A stretch of DNA of 64,000 nucleotides, from positions 10,062 through 74,061 of the forward strand of contig CANQMS010000003.1 in NCBI GenBank assembly GCA_947624995.1, given 5' to 3'. The DNA is from an uncultured Clostridia bacterium (GTDB lineage Bacteria > Bacillota > Clostridia > Oscillospirales > CAG-272). This document shows, piece after piece, positions 17,938 through 28,600 of this stretch. Both the position numbers and the translations under genes were made by a program. Each line of letters opens with the position of its first letter. The stretch's first letter is position 1. A model generated the notes under the pieces. The model did not search any database, was not told the origin of the DNA, and saw only the letters and a list, made by a program, of their open reading frames with translations.

Positions 17938-18942
17938 TCATTCGTATCTTTCCGCGAGCTCGAGGACCGCCGCCTCCATGTCGGAAAGCGTCGCGGAGCG
18001 CATGATGCGGTCGCGGCACGCGGGCGCGCCCTCGATGCCGTGTATATACCACGCAAAGTGCTTTCTCGCCTCAAACACACCGACGCGCTCGCCCTTGTCC
18101 GCGACGAGCAGCCGCGCGTGAGATATGGCGGTGAGGCACCTCTCCCGCACCGTCGGCGGCGTGTATTCCTCATTTCGTGCGAAAGCGCCGATCTCTCTGA
18201 ATATCCACGGGTTCCCGAGCGCACCGCGCCCTATCGCGACCCCGTCGCACCCAGTGACGTCGATCATCCTTGCGGCGTCCGCAGCGGAGGCTATGTCTCC
18301 GTTCCCGACAACGGGGACCCCGACCGCGCGCTTGACGTCCGCTATCACGGAGAGATCGACCGGCGGGGCGTACATCTGCTCCCTCGTCCTGCCGTGTATG
18401 ACGATCAGCGAGGCGCCCGCCGCCTCAGCCGCCCTCGCCGCCTCCGGCGCGTTCCTGCATCCGTTCCATCCGGCGCGCATCTTCACCGTGACGTGTACGC
18501 CGTGCGGCTCCGCCGCGCGGACGCACGCCGAAACGATCCTCTCGATGAGCGCCGTATCCTTCATCAGCGCCGCGCCGTCTCCGTTTTTGACTATTTTCGG
18601 CGCGGGGCAGCCCATATTTATGTCTATCGCCGCGGGCGCGTGATCCGACGAGGAGAACGCGTATTCGCCGGACGCGGTCAGCCCCGCCGCCTTTGCCATC
18701 GTTTCCGGATCGTGACCGAACAGCTGTACCGCGAGCGGCACGTCTCCGTCACGGACGGCGGCGAGCGCCGCCGTCTTTCTGTCGCCGTACATCATCGCCT
18801 TTGCCGACACCATCTCGGTGACGGCATATCCCGCGCCGTGCGCCCTGCACACGGTCCGCATCGCGTAGTCGGACGCGCCCGCCATCGGCGCGAGCATCAC
18901 GCCGTTCGGTATCACGGTATTGCCGAGACGTATATCCTGCAT
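17938..18942 (-). CDS. dusB: tRNA-dihydrouridine synthase
   Basis: Dus family TIM barrel with LAPMAGASD, DINMGCP and HGRTREQMY motifs. Confidence 0.9.
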   Translation of the reverse strand: MQDIRLGNTVIPNGVMLAPMAGASDYAMRTVCRAHGAGYAVTEMVSAKAMMYGDRKTAALAAVRDGDVPLAVQLFGHDPETMAKAAGLTASGEYAFSSSDHAPAAIDINMGCPAPKIVKNGDGAALMKDTALIERIVSACVRAAEPHGVHVTVKMRAGWNGCRNAPEAARAAEAAGASLIVIHGRTREQMYAPPVDLSVIADVKRAVGVPVVGNGDIASAADAARMIDVTGCDGVAIGRGALGNPWIFREIGAFARNEEYTPPTVRERCLTAISHARLLVADKGERVGVFEARKHFAWYIHGIEGAPACRDRIMRSATLSDMEAAVLELAERYE

Positions 18943-19129
18943 GAAAAACGTCCTCCTCCGAAATATTCCGCATACACCCGCACGGCAAAGCGGCGGCGTG
19001 AAAGAATTACATCAAGACAATTATATAATATTTTCCGGCGGATTACAATACCGCGGCACATCAAACGCCGCACGCTCTTTTCCGCTCTGTTTTCCTGCTT
19101 AATTTTTTTGCGCGCCGCTGTTTTGACAC

Positions 19130-19158
19130 TTGAAAAATACGAGCATTTATGGTAGAAT
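19130..19158 (+). promoter_or_regulatory. Candidate sigma-A promoter for the envelope gene cluster
   Basis: TTGAAA, a 17-nt spacer, then TAGAAT. An overlapping TTGACA sits at 19123. Confidence 0.45.
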
Positions 19159-19193
19159 AAATGTGATTATGACCGAAGCATCGGAGGCTTGCC

Positions 19194-20831
19194 TTGAAAC
19201 GTATAAAGGGCGTGATCCCCGCGGCGATCATTGCCGTTTTTTCCATCATTGCCGTATTTGCCGTCATGGCTGTCCCCGGGGATATGCCGAACGGATATGT
19301 TTTCGCGGAGGATGCCGCCCCGACCGAGGCTGAAGACCTCGAGATCGAAGTATACTGCCCCGGCGCATATACGGCGTCCGCGATCGACCGGAACGAGACA
19401 ACGTTTGCGTACATCCCGGACAGTGTGGGCGTCACCGTCTCGTCCGGGAGCCCGATCTCATCACTTTATATAGAATTCGACCGCGTGTTCGGCAAGTGGT
19501 CGCTCTCGGACGGCAGCGTCTCCGTTGAGTGCGGGCAGAACGGCTTTCTGCACGAATATGTCGACGTCGCGGAAGCGTTCGGATATTCGCCGACATCGGT
19601 GACGCTTACGTTCTCGGGCGGCACGGCGACCGTATCCGAGATCTACGCGCTCAGCGCGGGCACCCTTCCCTCGTGGGTACAGGTCTGGGAGCCGCCGTGC
19701 GAGGAAGCCGACCTCGTGCTCTTCTCGACACATATCGACGACGAGCAGCTCTTTTTCGCCGGGATCCTCCCGTATTACGCCGGAGAGCTCGGATATCAGG
19801 TCGAGGTCGTTTATTTTACCTCGCCGTATACGTATCACGACAGACCGCACGAGCAGCTGAACGGTCTTTGGACTGTCGGCGTGCGGAACTATCCGGTCGA
19901 GGGCGAGCTCATCGACTCCTATTCCGAAAACGCCGCGGACGCGTACAGCCATCAGTCATACTACGGATTTTCCCGCGATTATATCGTACAAAAGCAGGTC
20001 GAGGCGCTCCGCCGCTTCCGCCCGCACGTCGTCGTCGGGCACGATGCGAACGGAGAATACGGTCACGGACAGCACATCATAAACAGCGAGACGCTGCGCG
20101 AAGCGCTGCCGCTCGCGGCGGACGAAAGCTACGATCCCGAAACAGCCGAGAAATACGGCGTGTGGGACACGCCGAAGGCATACATCCACCTCTGGCAGGA
20201 AAACGAGATCATCATGAACTGGGACATCCCGCTCGAAAAATTCGGAGGGAAAACGGCATTTCAGGTCACGCAGGACGGCTTTATGTGCCACAAATCGCAG
20301 CACTGGACGTGGTTTTACGGCTGGATATACGGTCCCGCGAACAACATCACGAAGGCTTCGGAGATATTGACGTATTCTCCCTGCCGGTACGGACTGTTCC
20401 GCTCGACGGTCGGAGCCGACGTCAAGGGCGGCGACATGTTCGAGAACATCCCGATGTCATACGCCGAGATCGCGGCGGAGGAGGAGCGGCAGCGCCTCGA
20501 GGAGAGCCGCGCCGAGTCCGAGCGCGTCAGCCTCGAGGAGAGCATCCTCGCCTCCGAGAGCGAAAGCATCGAGGAAAGCCGCCTCGAATCTGAGGCGGGC
20601 AAAAACACCACGCAGTCCCCGACCGGCATCACCGCCGTGCCTCCCGGCACGGAAGGCGCGGGGGGCAGCGGCAGCGGCGGAAACGGCGGCTCGCCGAAGA
20701 TTGTCGGAATAATCATGATCGCGATCGCGGCAGTTGTCTGCGTTTTGCTGCTGCTGCCGCAGCTCAGGCCGAAAAAGGCAAAGAATACAAGAAACAATCA
20801 GATGAGAACGCCGCGGCAGGGACCGCGATAA
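19194..20831 (+). CDS. PIG-L/LmbE-family deacetylase with an N-terminal anchor, an acidic Ser/Glu-rich linker and a C-terminal TM
   Basis: STHIDDEQLF and VVGHDANGEYGHGQH fit the PIG-L metal-binding motifs. There is an N-terminal TM (TTG start) and a C-terminal GGNGGSPKIVGIIMIAIAAVVCVLLLL segment followed by a basic tail. Confidence 0.8.
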   Translation: MKRIKGVIPAAIIAVFSIIAVFAVMAVPGDMPNGYVFAEDAAPTEAEDLEIEVYCPGAYTASAIDRNETTFAYIPDSVGVTVSSGSPISSLYIEFDRVFGKWSLSDGSVSVECGQNGFLHEYVDVAEAFGYSPTSVTLTFSGGTATVSEIYALSAGTLPSWVQVWEPPCEEADLVLFSTHIDDEQLFFAGILPYYAGELGYQVEVVYFTSPYTYHDRPHEQLNGLWTVGVRNYPVEGELIDSYSENAADAYSHQSYYGFSRDYIVQKQVEALRRFRPHVVVGHDANGEYGHGQHIINSETLREALPLAADESYDPETAEKYGVWDTPKAYIHLWQENEIIMNWDIPLEKFGGKTAFQVTQDGFMCHKSQHWTWFYGWIYGPANNITKASEILTYSPCRYGLFRSTVGADVKGGDMFENIPMSYAEIAAEEERQRLEESRAESERVSLEESILASESESIEESRLESEAGKNTTQSPTGITAVPPGTEGAGGSGSGGNGGSPKIVGIIMIAIAAVVCVLLLLPQLRPKKAKNTRNNQMRTPRQGPR

Positions 20832-20853
20832 AGCAGAAAGACTCATAAGATCC

Positions 20854-21954
20854 ATGGGAAAGTACAACTTTACACTTGTAATACCGTCTCTCGATCCGGA
20901 TGACAAGCTTACCTCCACCGTCGGCTCCGCGCTCGAGGCAGGGATCGACGATATAATCCTCGTCGACGACGGGAGCAGCGCCGGGCACAGGGCAGTATTC
21001 GACGAGCTCGCCGGCGCGCATCCCGAGATAACGCTGCTCCGCCACGAAAAAAACCTCGGCAAGGGAGCCGCGCTGAAAACAGCGTTTTCGTATTTTCTTG
21101 AAAACAAAAAAGACCGCTCCGGCGTCGTCACCGCGGACGGAGACGGTCAGCACACGACCGAGGACATCATCGCCTGCGCCGAGGATATGGAAAAGACCGA
21201 CTGCGTCGTGCTCGGATGCCGCGATTTTTCGCTCGACTACGTCCCCAAAAAGAGCCGCTTCGGCAACCGCGCGACCTCCTTCGTCTTCCGCGTCTTCTGC
21301 GGGATGAAGATCTCCGACACACAGACGGGTCTGCGCGCGATACCGTCCGATCTGCTCGCGGATATGCTCGAGGTGAACGGGTCACGGTATGAATATGAGA
21401 CGAATATGCTTCTATATATGGGGCAGAACAGCATCCCGTACCGCGAGCATCCGATCAGAACGCTCTATTTCGATGACAACAGCGCCTCACACTTCCGCCC
21501 GTTCAGGGACTCGGTCCGCGTCTACGGGCTGATACTCAAATATATGGCGAGCTCGATTTTCTCGACCGTCGTCGACCTGTTTATGTTTTTCCTGCTCGGG
21601 CAGTTCATTTTCAACGGCGGCGGCAAGCTCGACGTCCTTTATACGACGGCGTGCGCGCGCGTCATATCCTCGTCCGTCAATTTTCTCACAAACAAAAAGC
21701 TCGTATTCCACAACCGTTCGAGCCTCGGGAAGACGCTTTTCAGATACGTCTGCGTCGCCGTTCCCGTTATGCTCGCGTCATGGCTCAGCGTATACCTGAT
21801 CTCCGAGCTGCTCGCGCTCGCCTTCGGCGTTGACGCGATAGCGCATATCGGACGCACCGCGGTCAAGATCCCCGTGGACGCGCTCCTGTTCCTCGTCAGC
21901 TTCAGAGCGCAGCGCAAATGGGTATTCGCCGAAAGATCCTCAGGCAGGAGGTAA
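20854..21954 (+). CDS. Family-2 glycosyltransferase fused to a GtrA-like membrane domain (polyprenol-phosphate sugar synthase type)
   Basis: VIPSLDPD...VDDGS...TADGDGQH is a GT-A DxD-type core. The C-terminal four-TM region with the VNFLTNKKLVF motif looks GtrA-like. Confidence 0.85.
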   Translation: MGKYNFTLVIPSLDPDDKLTSTVGSALEAGIDDIILVDDGSSAGHRAVFDELAGAHPEITLLRHEKNLGKGAALKTAFSYFLENKKDRSGVVTADGDGQHTTEDIIACAEDMEKTDCVVLGCRDFSLDYVPKKSRFGNRATSFVFRVFCGMKISDTQTGLRAIPSDLLADMLEVNGSRYEYETNMLLYMGQNSIPYREHPIRTLYFDDNSASHFRPFRDSVRVYGLILKYMASSIFSTVVDLFMFFLLGQFIFNGGGKLDVLYTTACARVISSSVNFLTNKKLVFHNRSSLGKTLFRYVCVAVPVMLASWLSVYLISELLALAFGVDAIAHIGRTAVKIPVDALLFLVSFRAQRKWVFAERSSGRR

Positions 21955-21961
21955 ATCAGAG

Positions 21962-23656
21962 ATGAACGAAAATAACATCCCGACGGAAGGCGGCGCACCG
22001 AGACGCGTTCCGCGCCACGACGTCGTGAGAAGAACGCCTCAGCGCATAGCCGAGATACCGCCGCAGCAGCCGACTGACGCCGCGCAGCAGCCTCTCCCGG
22101 CACAGCCGGAAAACGCGGCTCCGCGCCAGCCCCGACCGGTACAGCCCGGCGATACAACACCGCGCCAGCCTCGCCCGGCACAGCCCGGCGATACGGCTCC
22201 GCGTCAGCCCCGACCGGCGCAGCCCGGCGATACGGCTCCGCGTCAGCCCCGACCGGCGCAGCAGGGAGATACGGCTCAGCGTCAGCCACGACCGGCGCAG
22301 CCCGGAGACACGGCTCCGCGCCAGCCCCGACCGGTACAGCAGGGAAACACGGCTCCGCGCCAGCCCCGACCGGTACAGCCCGGCGATACGGCTCAGCGCC
22401 GACCCCAGCCGGCGCAGCAGCAGCGTGCCTCTTCCGCGGACGGCGGCGTCCGCCGCCCGCCCGTAGGCTCTCAGGTGCGGAACATGACCTCCGAGGACGC
22501 GCCTACGCGCCGCGCGAAGAAAAAGCGCCTGAGCGCGTCCATAATCGTCGGGCGCGTCCTGCTCGTCATACTCACCGTGATACTTGTGCTTCTTTTCGCG
22601 GTTTTCGCCCTCTGCGGCACTCTCGTCAACGGACCGAGCGAGACCGTGCGCGATAAGCTCGTGCTCTCCGCGATGCAGGCGAGCGCCACAAAGTGGCTGC
22701 CCGGTCTGTTCCTCGACGACGAGGTCGTCCGCGACATCTGCGACCGCAGCGAGCAGCAGCAGCCCGTCACGGTTCCGATGGGCACGATCCCCGGCGCGAA
22801 CACGCCTTCCACGGGAGAGGACACGGACACTCCCGGCACAGGTGACGATCCCACCCCGCCGGCTCCCACAGACGAATGGGCAAACGCCATCGACGGTATG
22901 ATATTCAAAACGACTACCAAACCGACCTTCAAGGCGTATATCCTCCTCATCAAGGATCCCTCCCGCGTCTTTGTCGGCACCTCGTCCGACAACTATCAGA
23001 CGGCGACCGTCGGGAAAAATATATTTGACACCGTAGCCCGTTACGACGCCCTCGCCGGAATAAATGCCGGCGAATATCTCGACATGGGCGGCGGCGGTGA
23101 CGGCGCGCAGCCGCTCGGCATAACGTATTCGAAAGGCAGCTGCGTCTGGGATGACGGCACGTGGCGCACCTTCATCGGCTTTGATAAGAACAACGTCCTG
23201 CACGCCGTGGAGCCCTTGACAAGGGCACAGGCGGATGAGCTCGGCATACGCGACGGCGTCTGCTTCCAGAACGGCAACGTCCTGATCACCAACGACGGGG
23301 AGCAGGTGACGCTCCACTATTCCGAGGGCAACACGGGACTTGCGCAGCGCACCGCGATCGCTCAGCGCGCGGACGGTACCGTCATACTCGTCGTCACGGA
23401 CGGGCGTTCTCCGTCGAGCCTCGGTGCGAACCGCAACGATATCATTGACCTTCTCGTCTCCGAGGGTGCCGTCGTCGCCGGTATGCTTGACGGCGGTTCA
23501 TCCGCAATGATGTATTATGAAAACTACTATACAAAATACAACATTGACCCCGCGGAGCTCGACGACTACCAGAAGAAGGGGCTGACAAACAGATATAAAT
23601 CATTTACCCTGCCGCGCACGATGCCGACGTTCTTCCTCGTCGGGCGCGAGAAATAA
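21962..23656 (+). CDS. Phosphodiester glycosidase (NAGPA-domain) protein with an N-terminal Pro/Gln-rich repeat, then a TM
   Basis: The C-terminal half (RTAIAQRADGTVILVVTDGR...MLDGGSSAMMYY) matches the phosphodiester glycosidase domain. There is a single TM (IIVGRVLLVILTVILVLLFAVFAL) and a repeat region at the N-terminus. Confidence 0.8.
   Translation: MNENNIPTEGGAPRRVPRHDVVRRTPQRIAEIPPQQPTDAAQQPLPAQPENAAPRQPRPVQPGDTTPRQPRPAQPGDTAPRQPRPAQPGDTAPRQPRPAQQGDTAQRQPRPAQPGDTAPRQPRPVQQGNTAPRQPRPVQPGDTAQRRPQPAQQQRASSADGGVRRPPVGSQVRNMTSEDAPTRRAKKKRLSASIIVGRVLLVILTVILVLLFAVFALCGTLVNGPSETVRDKLVLSAMQASATKWLPGLFLDDEVVRDICDRSEQQQPVTVPMGTIPGANTPSTGEDTDTPGTGDDPTPPAPTDEWANAIDGMIFKTTTKPTFKAYILLIKDPSRVFVGTSSDNYQTATVGKNIFDTVARYDALAGINAGEYLDMGGGGDGAQPLGITYSKGSCVWDDGTWRTFIGFDKNNVLHAVEPLTRAQADELGIRDGVCFQNGNVLITNDGEQVTLHYSEGNTGLAQRTAIAQRADGTVILVVTDGRSPSSLGANRNDIIDLLVSEGAVVAGMLDGGSSAMMYYENYYTKYNIDPAELDDYQKKGLTNRYKSFTLPRTMPTFFLVGREK
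22121..22423 (+). repeat. 39-bp in-frame tandem repeat, about 7.7 copies, encoding PRQPRPAQPGDTA
   Basis: Read directly from the sequence: ccgcgccagccccgaccggtacagcccggcgatacaaca and its variants repeat head-to-tail. The peptide units are PRQPRPVQPGDTT / PRQPRPAQPGDTA / ...QQGDTA / ...QQGNTA. Confidence 0.9.
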
Positions 23657-23674
23657 GCAAAGGGGGACTACTTC

Positions 23675-24841
23675 ATGGCTATGAAGAAAAGCAACGCGCG
23701 CCGCGGCTTTCATATTCCGCGCTTTTACGTGATATATCTCGCCGTGACCGTATCGGTGATACTGATAATAATCGCCTCTCTCGGCATCGTTTCAAACCGT
23801 CTCGCCGAATACGAGGACGCGCAGCCGAAATATGTCGCCTCCGAGATATTCGCGCGCTATTTCGAACCCTCCGTCAACTATGACGCGCTCCTTGACGACG
23901 CACGCTACGACCGCGAGGCGGGGACGCGCGAGGCGCTGAAGATGTATCTCATAAACGAGATCGGCGAGAGCGAGGTCACATATTCCGCCTCCTCCGCAAG
24001 TGAAGACGAGATGAAATACATCGTCCGCGCCGGTTCAAAGCAGCTCGCCTCCATCATCCTCAAGGCGTCCGACGAGAAGACCGAGCACGGTTACACTCAG
24101 TATGAGTTCTCTTATATCGAGCTGTTTATCAATACGGCGGGCGGCAGCACGAACCCGCCCGAGACCGAGGAGCAGCCGAAAACGGTCACGCTCTATTTCG
24201 ATGTTCCCTCGGGCTACACAGTCACCGTTGACGGCACCGCTCTCACCGGGGAAAACATTACCCAGAAACACATGAACAAGGACGCCATAATGTATTTCCC
24301 TCCCGAATCGGAAAATACGGAAGGGCTTGAATTCTCGATCTACATGCTGAACACGCTCGAAGCGCCGCCCGAAAAGGTGACCGTCACGGACGCCGAGGGC
24401 AACGAAGCCGAGGTCAAATATAACGCGGAAACGAGGACGTACACCGCCGGGCTCGCGTATTCAAAATCACTCGCCGACGAGTATTCCGAATTTGTGACGG
24501 CTGCGATGACGGATTTCGCCGCATTCGGTCAGGGCGCACAGGACAAGAGCCTTTTGGGAATGCAATACAGCGGTCACTTTGACCTGAACTCCACGGCGAA
24601 CGAAAAGCTCATCACCCAGGCGGGCGCGCTTTGGACGATATGGGCGCCCTCGAGCTACGATTTTGCCGATATTGAGATCGGCGAATTCTACAAATTCTCG
24701 GACGACGTCTTTTCCTGCCATATTTCGTTCAAGCTGCTGCTCGAACGGGACGGTCAGAGCTTCAGCGAGATCATGGATTATTACGTGTTCCTGCACAATG
24801 TGGACGGGCAGTTCCTGATTTACGACTGGTTCAACGCGTAA
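23675..24841 (+). CDS. Hypothetical membrane-anchored extracytoplasmic protein
   Basis: 388 aa with a single N-terminal TM (FYVIYLAVTVSVILIIIASLGIV). I recognise no motif. It is tightly spaced within the cluster, 4 nt before the PAP2 gene region. Confidence 0.6.
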   Translation: MAMKKSNARRGFHIPRFYVIYLAVTVSVILIIIASLGIVSNRLAEYEDAQPKYVASEIFARYFEPSVNYDALLDDARYDREAGTREALKMYLINEIGESEVTYSASSASEDEMKYIVRAGSKQLASIILKASDEKTEHGYTQYEFSYIELFINTAGGSTNPPETEEQPKTVTLYFDVPSGYTVTVDGTALTGENITQKHMNKDAIMYFPPESENTEGLEFSIYMLNTLEAPPEKVTVTDAEGNEAEVKYNAETRTYTAGLAYSKSLADEYSEFVTAAMTDFAAFGQGAQDKSLLGMQYSGHFDLNSTANEKLITQAGALWTIWAPSSYDFADIEIGEFYKFSDDVFSCHISFKLLLERDGQSFSEIMDYYVFLHNVDGQFLIYDWFNA

Positions 24842-24854
24842 AGGGGTGCCGGAT

Positions 24855-25406
24855 ATGAATGTAAGCGAGCTTGCAATTCTCGATTTCATCGCCGAGCACC
24901 TGCGCTGCCCCTTCCTCGACTTTCTGCTGCCGAAGATTACGCTGCTCGGAGACGCGGGGATATTCTGGATAATCCTCGCGATAGCGCTCCTGATCCCTAA
25001 AAAAACGCGCAAAACGGGGCTCATGATGGCTGTCGCCCTCATCCTCGGGCTTCTCGTCTGCAACATAACGATAAAGCCTCTCGTCGCGCGCGTCCGCCCG
25101 TATGACGTCAAGGGAATAATGCCGTATCTGTGCGAGGTGCAGAAGGACTTCTCCTTCCCGTCCGGGCATACGACGGCAAGCTTTGAGGGCGCGACCGTCA
25201 TCCTCATCCGCCACCGCAAGTGGGGGATCGCCGCCTGCGTGCTCGCCGCGCTGATTGCGTTCTCGCGGATGTACCTCTACGTCCACTACCCCACCGATAT
25301 CCTCGCCGGACTCGTGCTCGGCGTCCTCTTCGGCATACTCGGCGTCCTCATCGTCGACCGCCTCGACGCATACATACAAAAACACAAAACGCCGGCGGCG
25401 GAATAA
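24855..25406 (+). CDS. PAP2-family phosphatase (undecaprenyl-diphosphatase/PgpB-like)
   Basis: PAP2 motifs KxxxxxxRP (KPLVARVRP), PSGH (SFPSGHTT) and SRxxxxxHxxxD (SRMYLYVHYPTD). The ATG at 24855 follows AAAGGGG. Confidence 0.85.
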   Translation: MNVSELAILDFIAEHLRCPFLDFLLPKITLLGDAGIFWIILAIALLIPKKTRKTGLMMAVALILGLLVCNITIKPLVARVRPYDVKGIMPYLCEVQKDFSFPSGHTTASFEGATVILIRHRKWGIAACVLAALIAFSRMYLYVHYPTDILAGLVLGVLFGILGVLIVDRLDAYIQKHKTPAAE

Positions 25407-25425
25407 ATAATAACAGATGATTTAT

Positions 25426-25463
25426 CCGGGGGGAGGAACCTTTGAAAAGGTTCCTCCCCCCGG
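25426..25463 (+). terminator. Long GC hairpin after the PAP2 gene (terminator-like, no clear U-tract)
   Basis: CCGGGGGGAGGAACCTTT-GA-AAAGGTTCCTCCCCCCGG forms a perfect 18-bp stem. Confidence 0.5.
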
Positions 25464-25644
25464 TCCCCCCTCTTCAAAACTTTTCATTACTTGGTTTGGC
25501 TTACAGCGAGCGTGAGCACTTTTTCCACAGCTTTTTGCATGTAAAAAACAATGCTCCTTAAATTTTTCTTTTTCATCTTCATCCCAACCTTTTTGACGCT
25601 TTTGATGTCTATATAACGAAAGCTTTCAACGAAAGGAATTAAAA

Positions 25645-28600
25645 ATGCCTCATTCTTCAAATTCGGACGGCACGCTCGTGCTCCTGACGCTCGCGGGTGA
25701 CCCCGCCGCATATGACGAGCTGTTCCTGCGCCATGAAAAGCGCGTCCTCGCGGCGGCGTATTCCGTTATACGCAACGCACACATCGCCGAGGACGCTGCG
25801 CAGGACGCCTTTCTGGCGGCGTGGCTCAAGCTCGACCGGCTCCGCGAACCGGAAAAGTTCGGGATATGGGTCTGCCGCATCGCCAAAAACTGCGCCCGGA
25901 ACATGGCGCTGCGGTTCAGGAACTATCTCTGCCTCGACGACGTCGAGGGGATAGAGTACATGCGCGCCGACGGCGGGGACCCGGAGCTGATGCTCATGAC
26001 GGAGGAGGAGGCAGAACTCATGCGCCGCGGACTGCGCAGACTCCCCGAGCGCGCCCGTCAGGTCGTCTATCTGCACTATTACGAGGACATGAGCGCGGAG
26101 GACATCGCAAAGCTGATGGGCATATCGGTGGGGACGGTCAAATCGCAGCTCCACGACGGCAGAAAGAAAATGCGAAAGGAGCTATGCGCAATGGATGAAA
26201 AATTAAACGACACGCTTCTTCTGAAGATCAGGAAAAAGATCGACGAAGTAAAAAGCTGGCAGTACAAAAACTCAAAGGAGGGCTTTGACAAGGTCTATCG
26301 TGACGTTTTGAAGGACATCGACACGATGCCCGAGTGCCGCGAGAAATATCACGCCTTGGCGGACGTTCTGATGCGCGGGTACTGGTGGCTGCCGGGAGAG
26401 AAAAACGACTGTCTGCTCGGGCGCATACGCGAGGCGGCAAAGCTCGGCAAAAACAACGAGGTCATGAGCTATGTGCTTGTCCGCGAGGCGGCAAAATATT
26501 GGGGTGATGAAAAGCGGGAGTACATCAAAAACGTGCAGATCCCGTCCCTTGATCCCGTCGATTTCCGGCTCACGCTCGCGGACAGGTGGTGCGCCGTCGG
26601 CGACTTGACAAAGCCCGAAAACTTAAAGGACGGCACGGACGCCTTTGACAGCGCGCTCGCGCTCCTGACCCCGGCAGACGTTTTATACCATCACGCGCTT
26701 GAAATGAAAAAAGCCTTTCTGGAGTCGGCAGAAGAGAAATTCATAAGCGACATTAAGAACCGCAAAAACGTCTGTGTGACTTATGAATTCGTCATGTCGG
26801 ACGGCTTAAAAATAGCCCGAGACGAATACTACAGCTTCGGCGGTCTTTACGCGCTGAACTATATGTGTACGCAGCTGTTTGAAAATCTTTTCAGGTGCGA
26901 CGGGGAAATGACGGCGGATATAGCGCCGGGCGAGAGCGTCACCGCCTCGGACGGCTCGACGCTCACGTTTGAATCGGGGGACGAGACGGTCACGGTCCCG
27001 GCGGGGACGTTTTCCGGCTGTGAGGTCTGGGTGTCGCGCTTAAAAGCCGGCACGGTCAGAAGCTGGCTCAAGCGCGGCGTCGGACTCGTCAGGCAAGAGA
27101 TGATCTGCGAGGGCGTCAGCGACATCAAATCACTGAAAGCCTATAGCGTCTCCGGCGATGAGGGGCTTTTGCCGTTGTCTGCCGGCAACGTTTGGGAATA
27201 TGAGATGGACTGCGACCCCGCGTCGTTTTCCGCGCCGACGCGGATCAGGGTTGCGTGGTCCGACGGCGAGCGGGCGATCGTTACGGAGAATACGCGCGTC
27301 GTCCGGAGCAGGTATGACGAGAACTCATGGCTCGATATGATCCTGAAGACCCGCGACGATTACTGCACGAGGAACCCGGAGAGGATCGCTGACGTAAGAC
27401 CTTATGCACGGCGCGCCGTGGAGCTCGCGAAGACTCCGTTTGAAAAGGCGCACGCTGAGGCGGCTTATTCCGTCGTCAAAAGGATAATCGAGACGGACGA
27501 AGAATTCGATCCCGAATGCGAGGCTGTGGGGCTCTGGAACTTCTTCTCCCGCAATACGGTCGAGCATGCTGACGGAAAGCTCTGCCTTATCAGAACCGGC
27601 CGGAGATTTGACTTTGAGTGGAAGAACACGGACGACACCTCGCTGTGCAATCGCCTGCTCTCAAATCACATCTATTCGATTTTGCACGACGTAACAGGCT
27701 GTCTCTTTGACGAGAGGTGGCAGCCCGGGTACAGTTCAGAGGAATCGAGGGATTACGGCAGCAACAGCATCATCAGGACGCGTATAAGCTGCGCGGACGC
27801 GGGAACGGTCACCGTATGCGCCGGGAGTTTTGATAACTGTCTTTCCGTCGACACATACTGCGGCGGGTTTGACAGCGGCCACAGCTACCGCGGCGGCAGG
27901 AGGACGTATTATTTCGCGCCCGGCGTGGGACTCGTAAAGGTGGAGATATACACGGGCGCCGGTTCCGTGAGCGCGTATGAGCTGACCTCATACGAAGGCA
28001 CGGGCGAAGGGTATATGCCCGCAAAAGACGGGATGAGGCGCAGATACGAGGGCCTCGGGCTTACCGACGGCTACGAGGGCGCGGCGGAATACACATACGC
28101 TCTTGACTGCGAGGGCAAGCTCGTGATCTTCTCGGACTTGACGGGTATCAGACATAAGCCGAAAAAGATCACCCGCTATAATTCGACCGTAGGCGAGCTT
28201 GAAGAGGCGTGCCTCGCGAACACGGAAAACTATGACGGAGCAAACCTTGAGTCCGGATACAACGCGATACTTCTTCTTCTGCACCAAACGTCAAAGAGAG
28301 ACTGCCACTACAGCGACCCGCTCACAAGGGCGAGGAGATTTACCTATTACCTGCGGCTGCTCGAGGCGGCGGGGGACGGCAGCGTTCCGCCCGCGTTCCT
28401 TGCGAAAGCGTCACGGATATGCCTTTTGGCATCGCTCGCGTTTTTCGGCGGCGGCGAGCACGAGAACGGGTACAAATATCTCGAGCTTGCGCTCGACTAT
28501 GCCGAGCGGTGGCACGCGATACCGGACGGCGAGGCGCTCTCCTTCGGCGACGAGGCGGCGTTTGACAACATCCGCTATATCAAGGGGCAGTCGATAATAG

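Noticed and set aside
22121-22423. A regularly spaced repeat that could be mistaken for a CRISPR array.
   Set aside because: The units are directly adjacent with no spacers. They are in frame within a long ORF and encode a Pro/Gln-rich peptide repeat.
25487-25711. 74-aa minus-strand ORF (with an internal 31-aa MKMKKKNLRS... version) in the AT-rich region upstream of the sigma gene.
   Set aside because: It overlaps the sigma-factor start, has no convincing SD and shows no recognisable motif. More likely it is a by-product of the AT-rich promoter region. A small peptide cannot be excluded.
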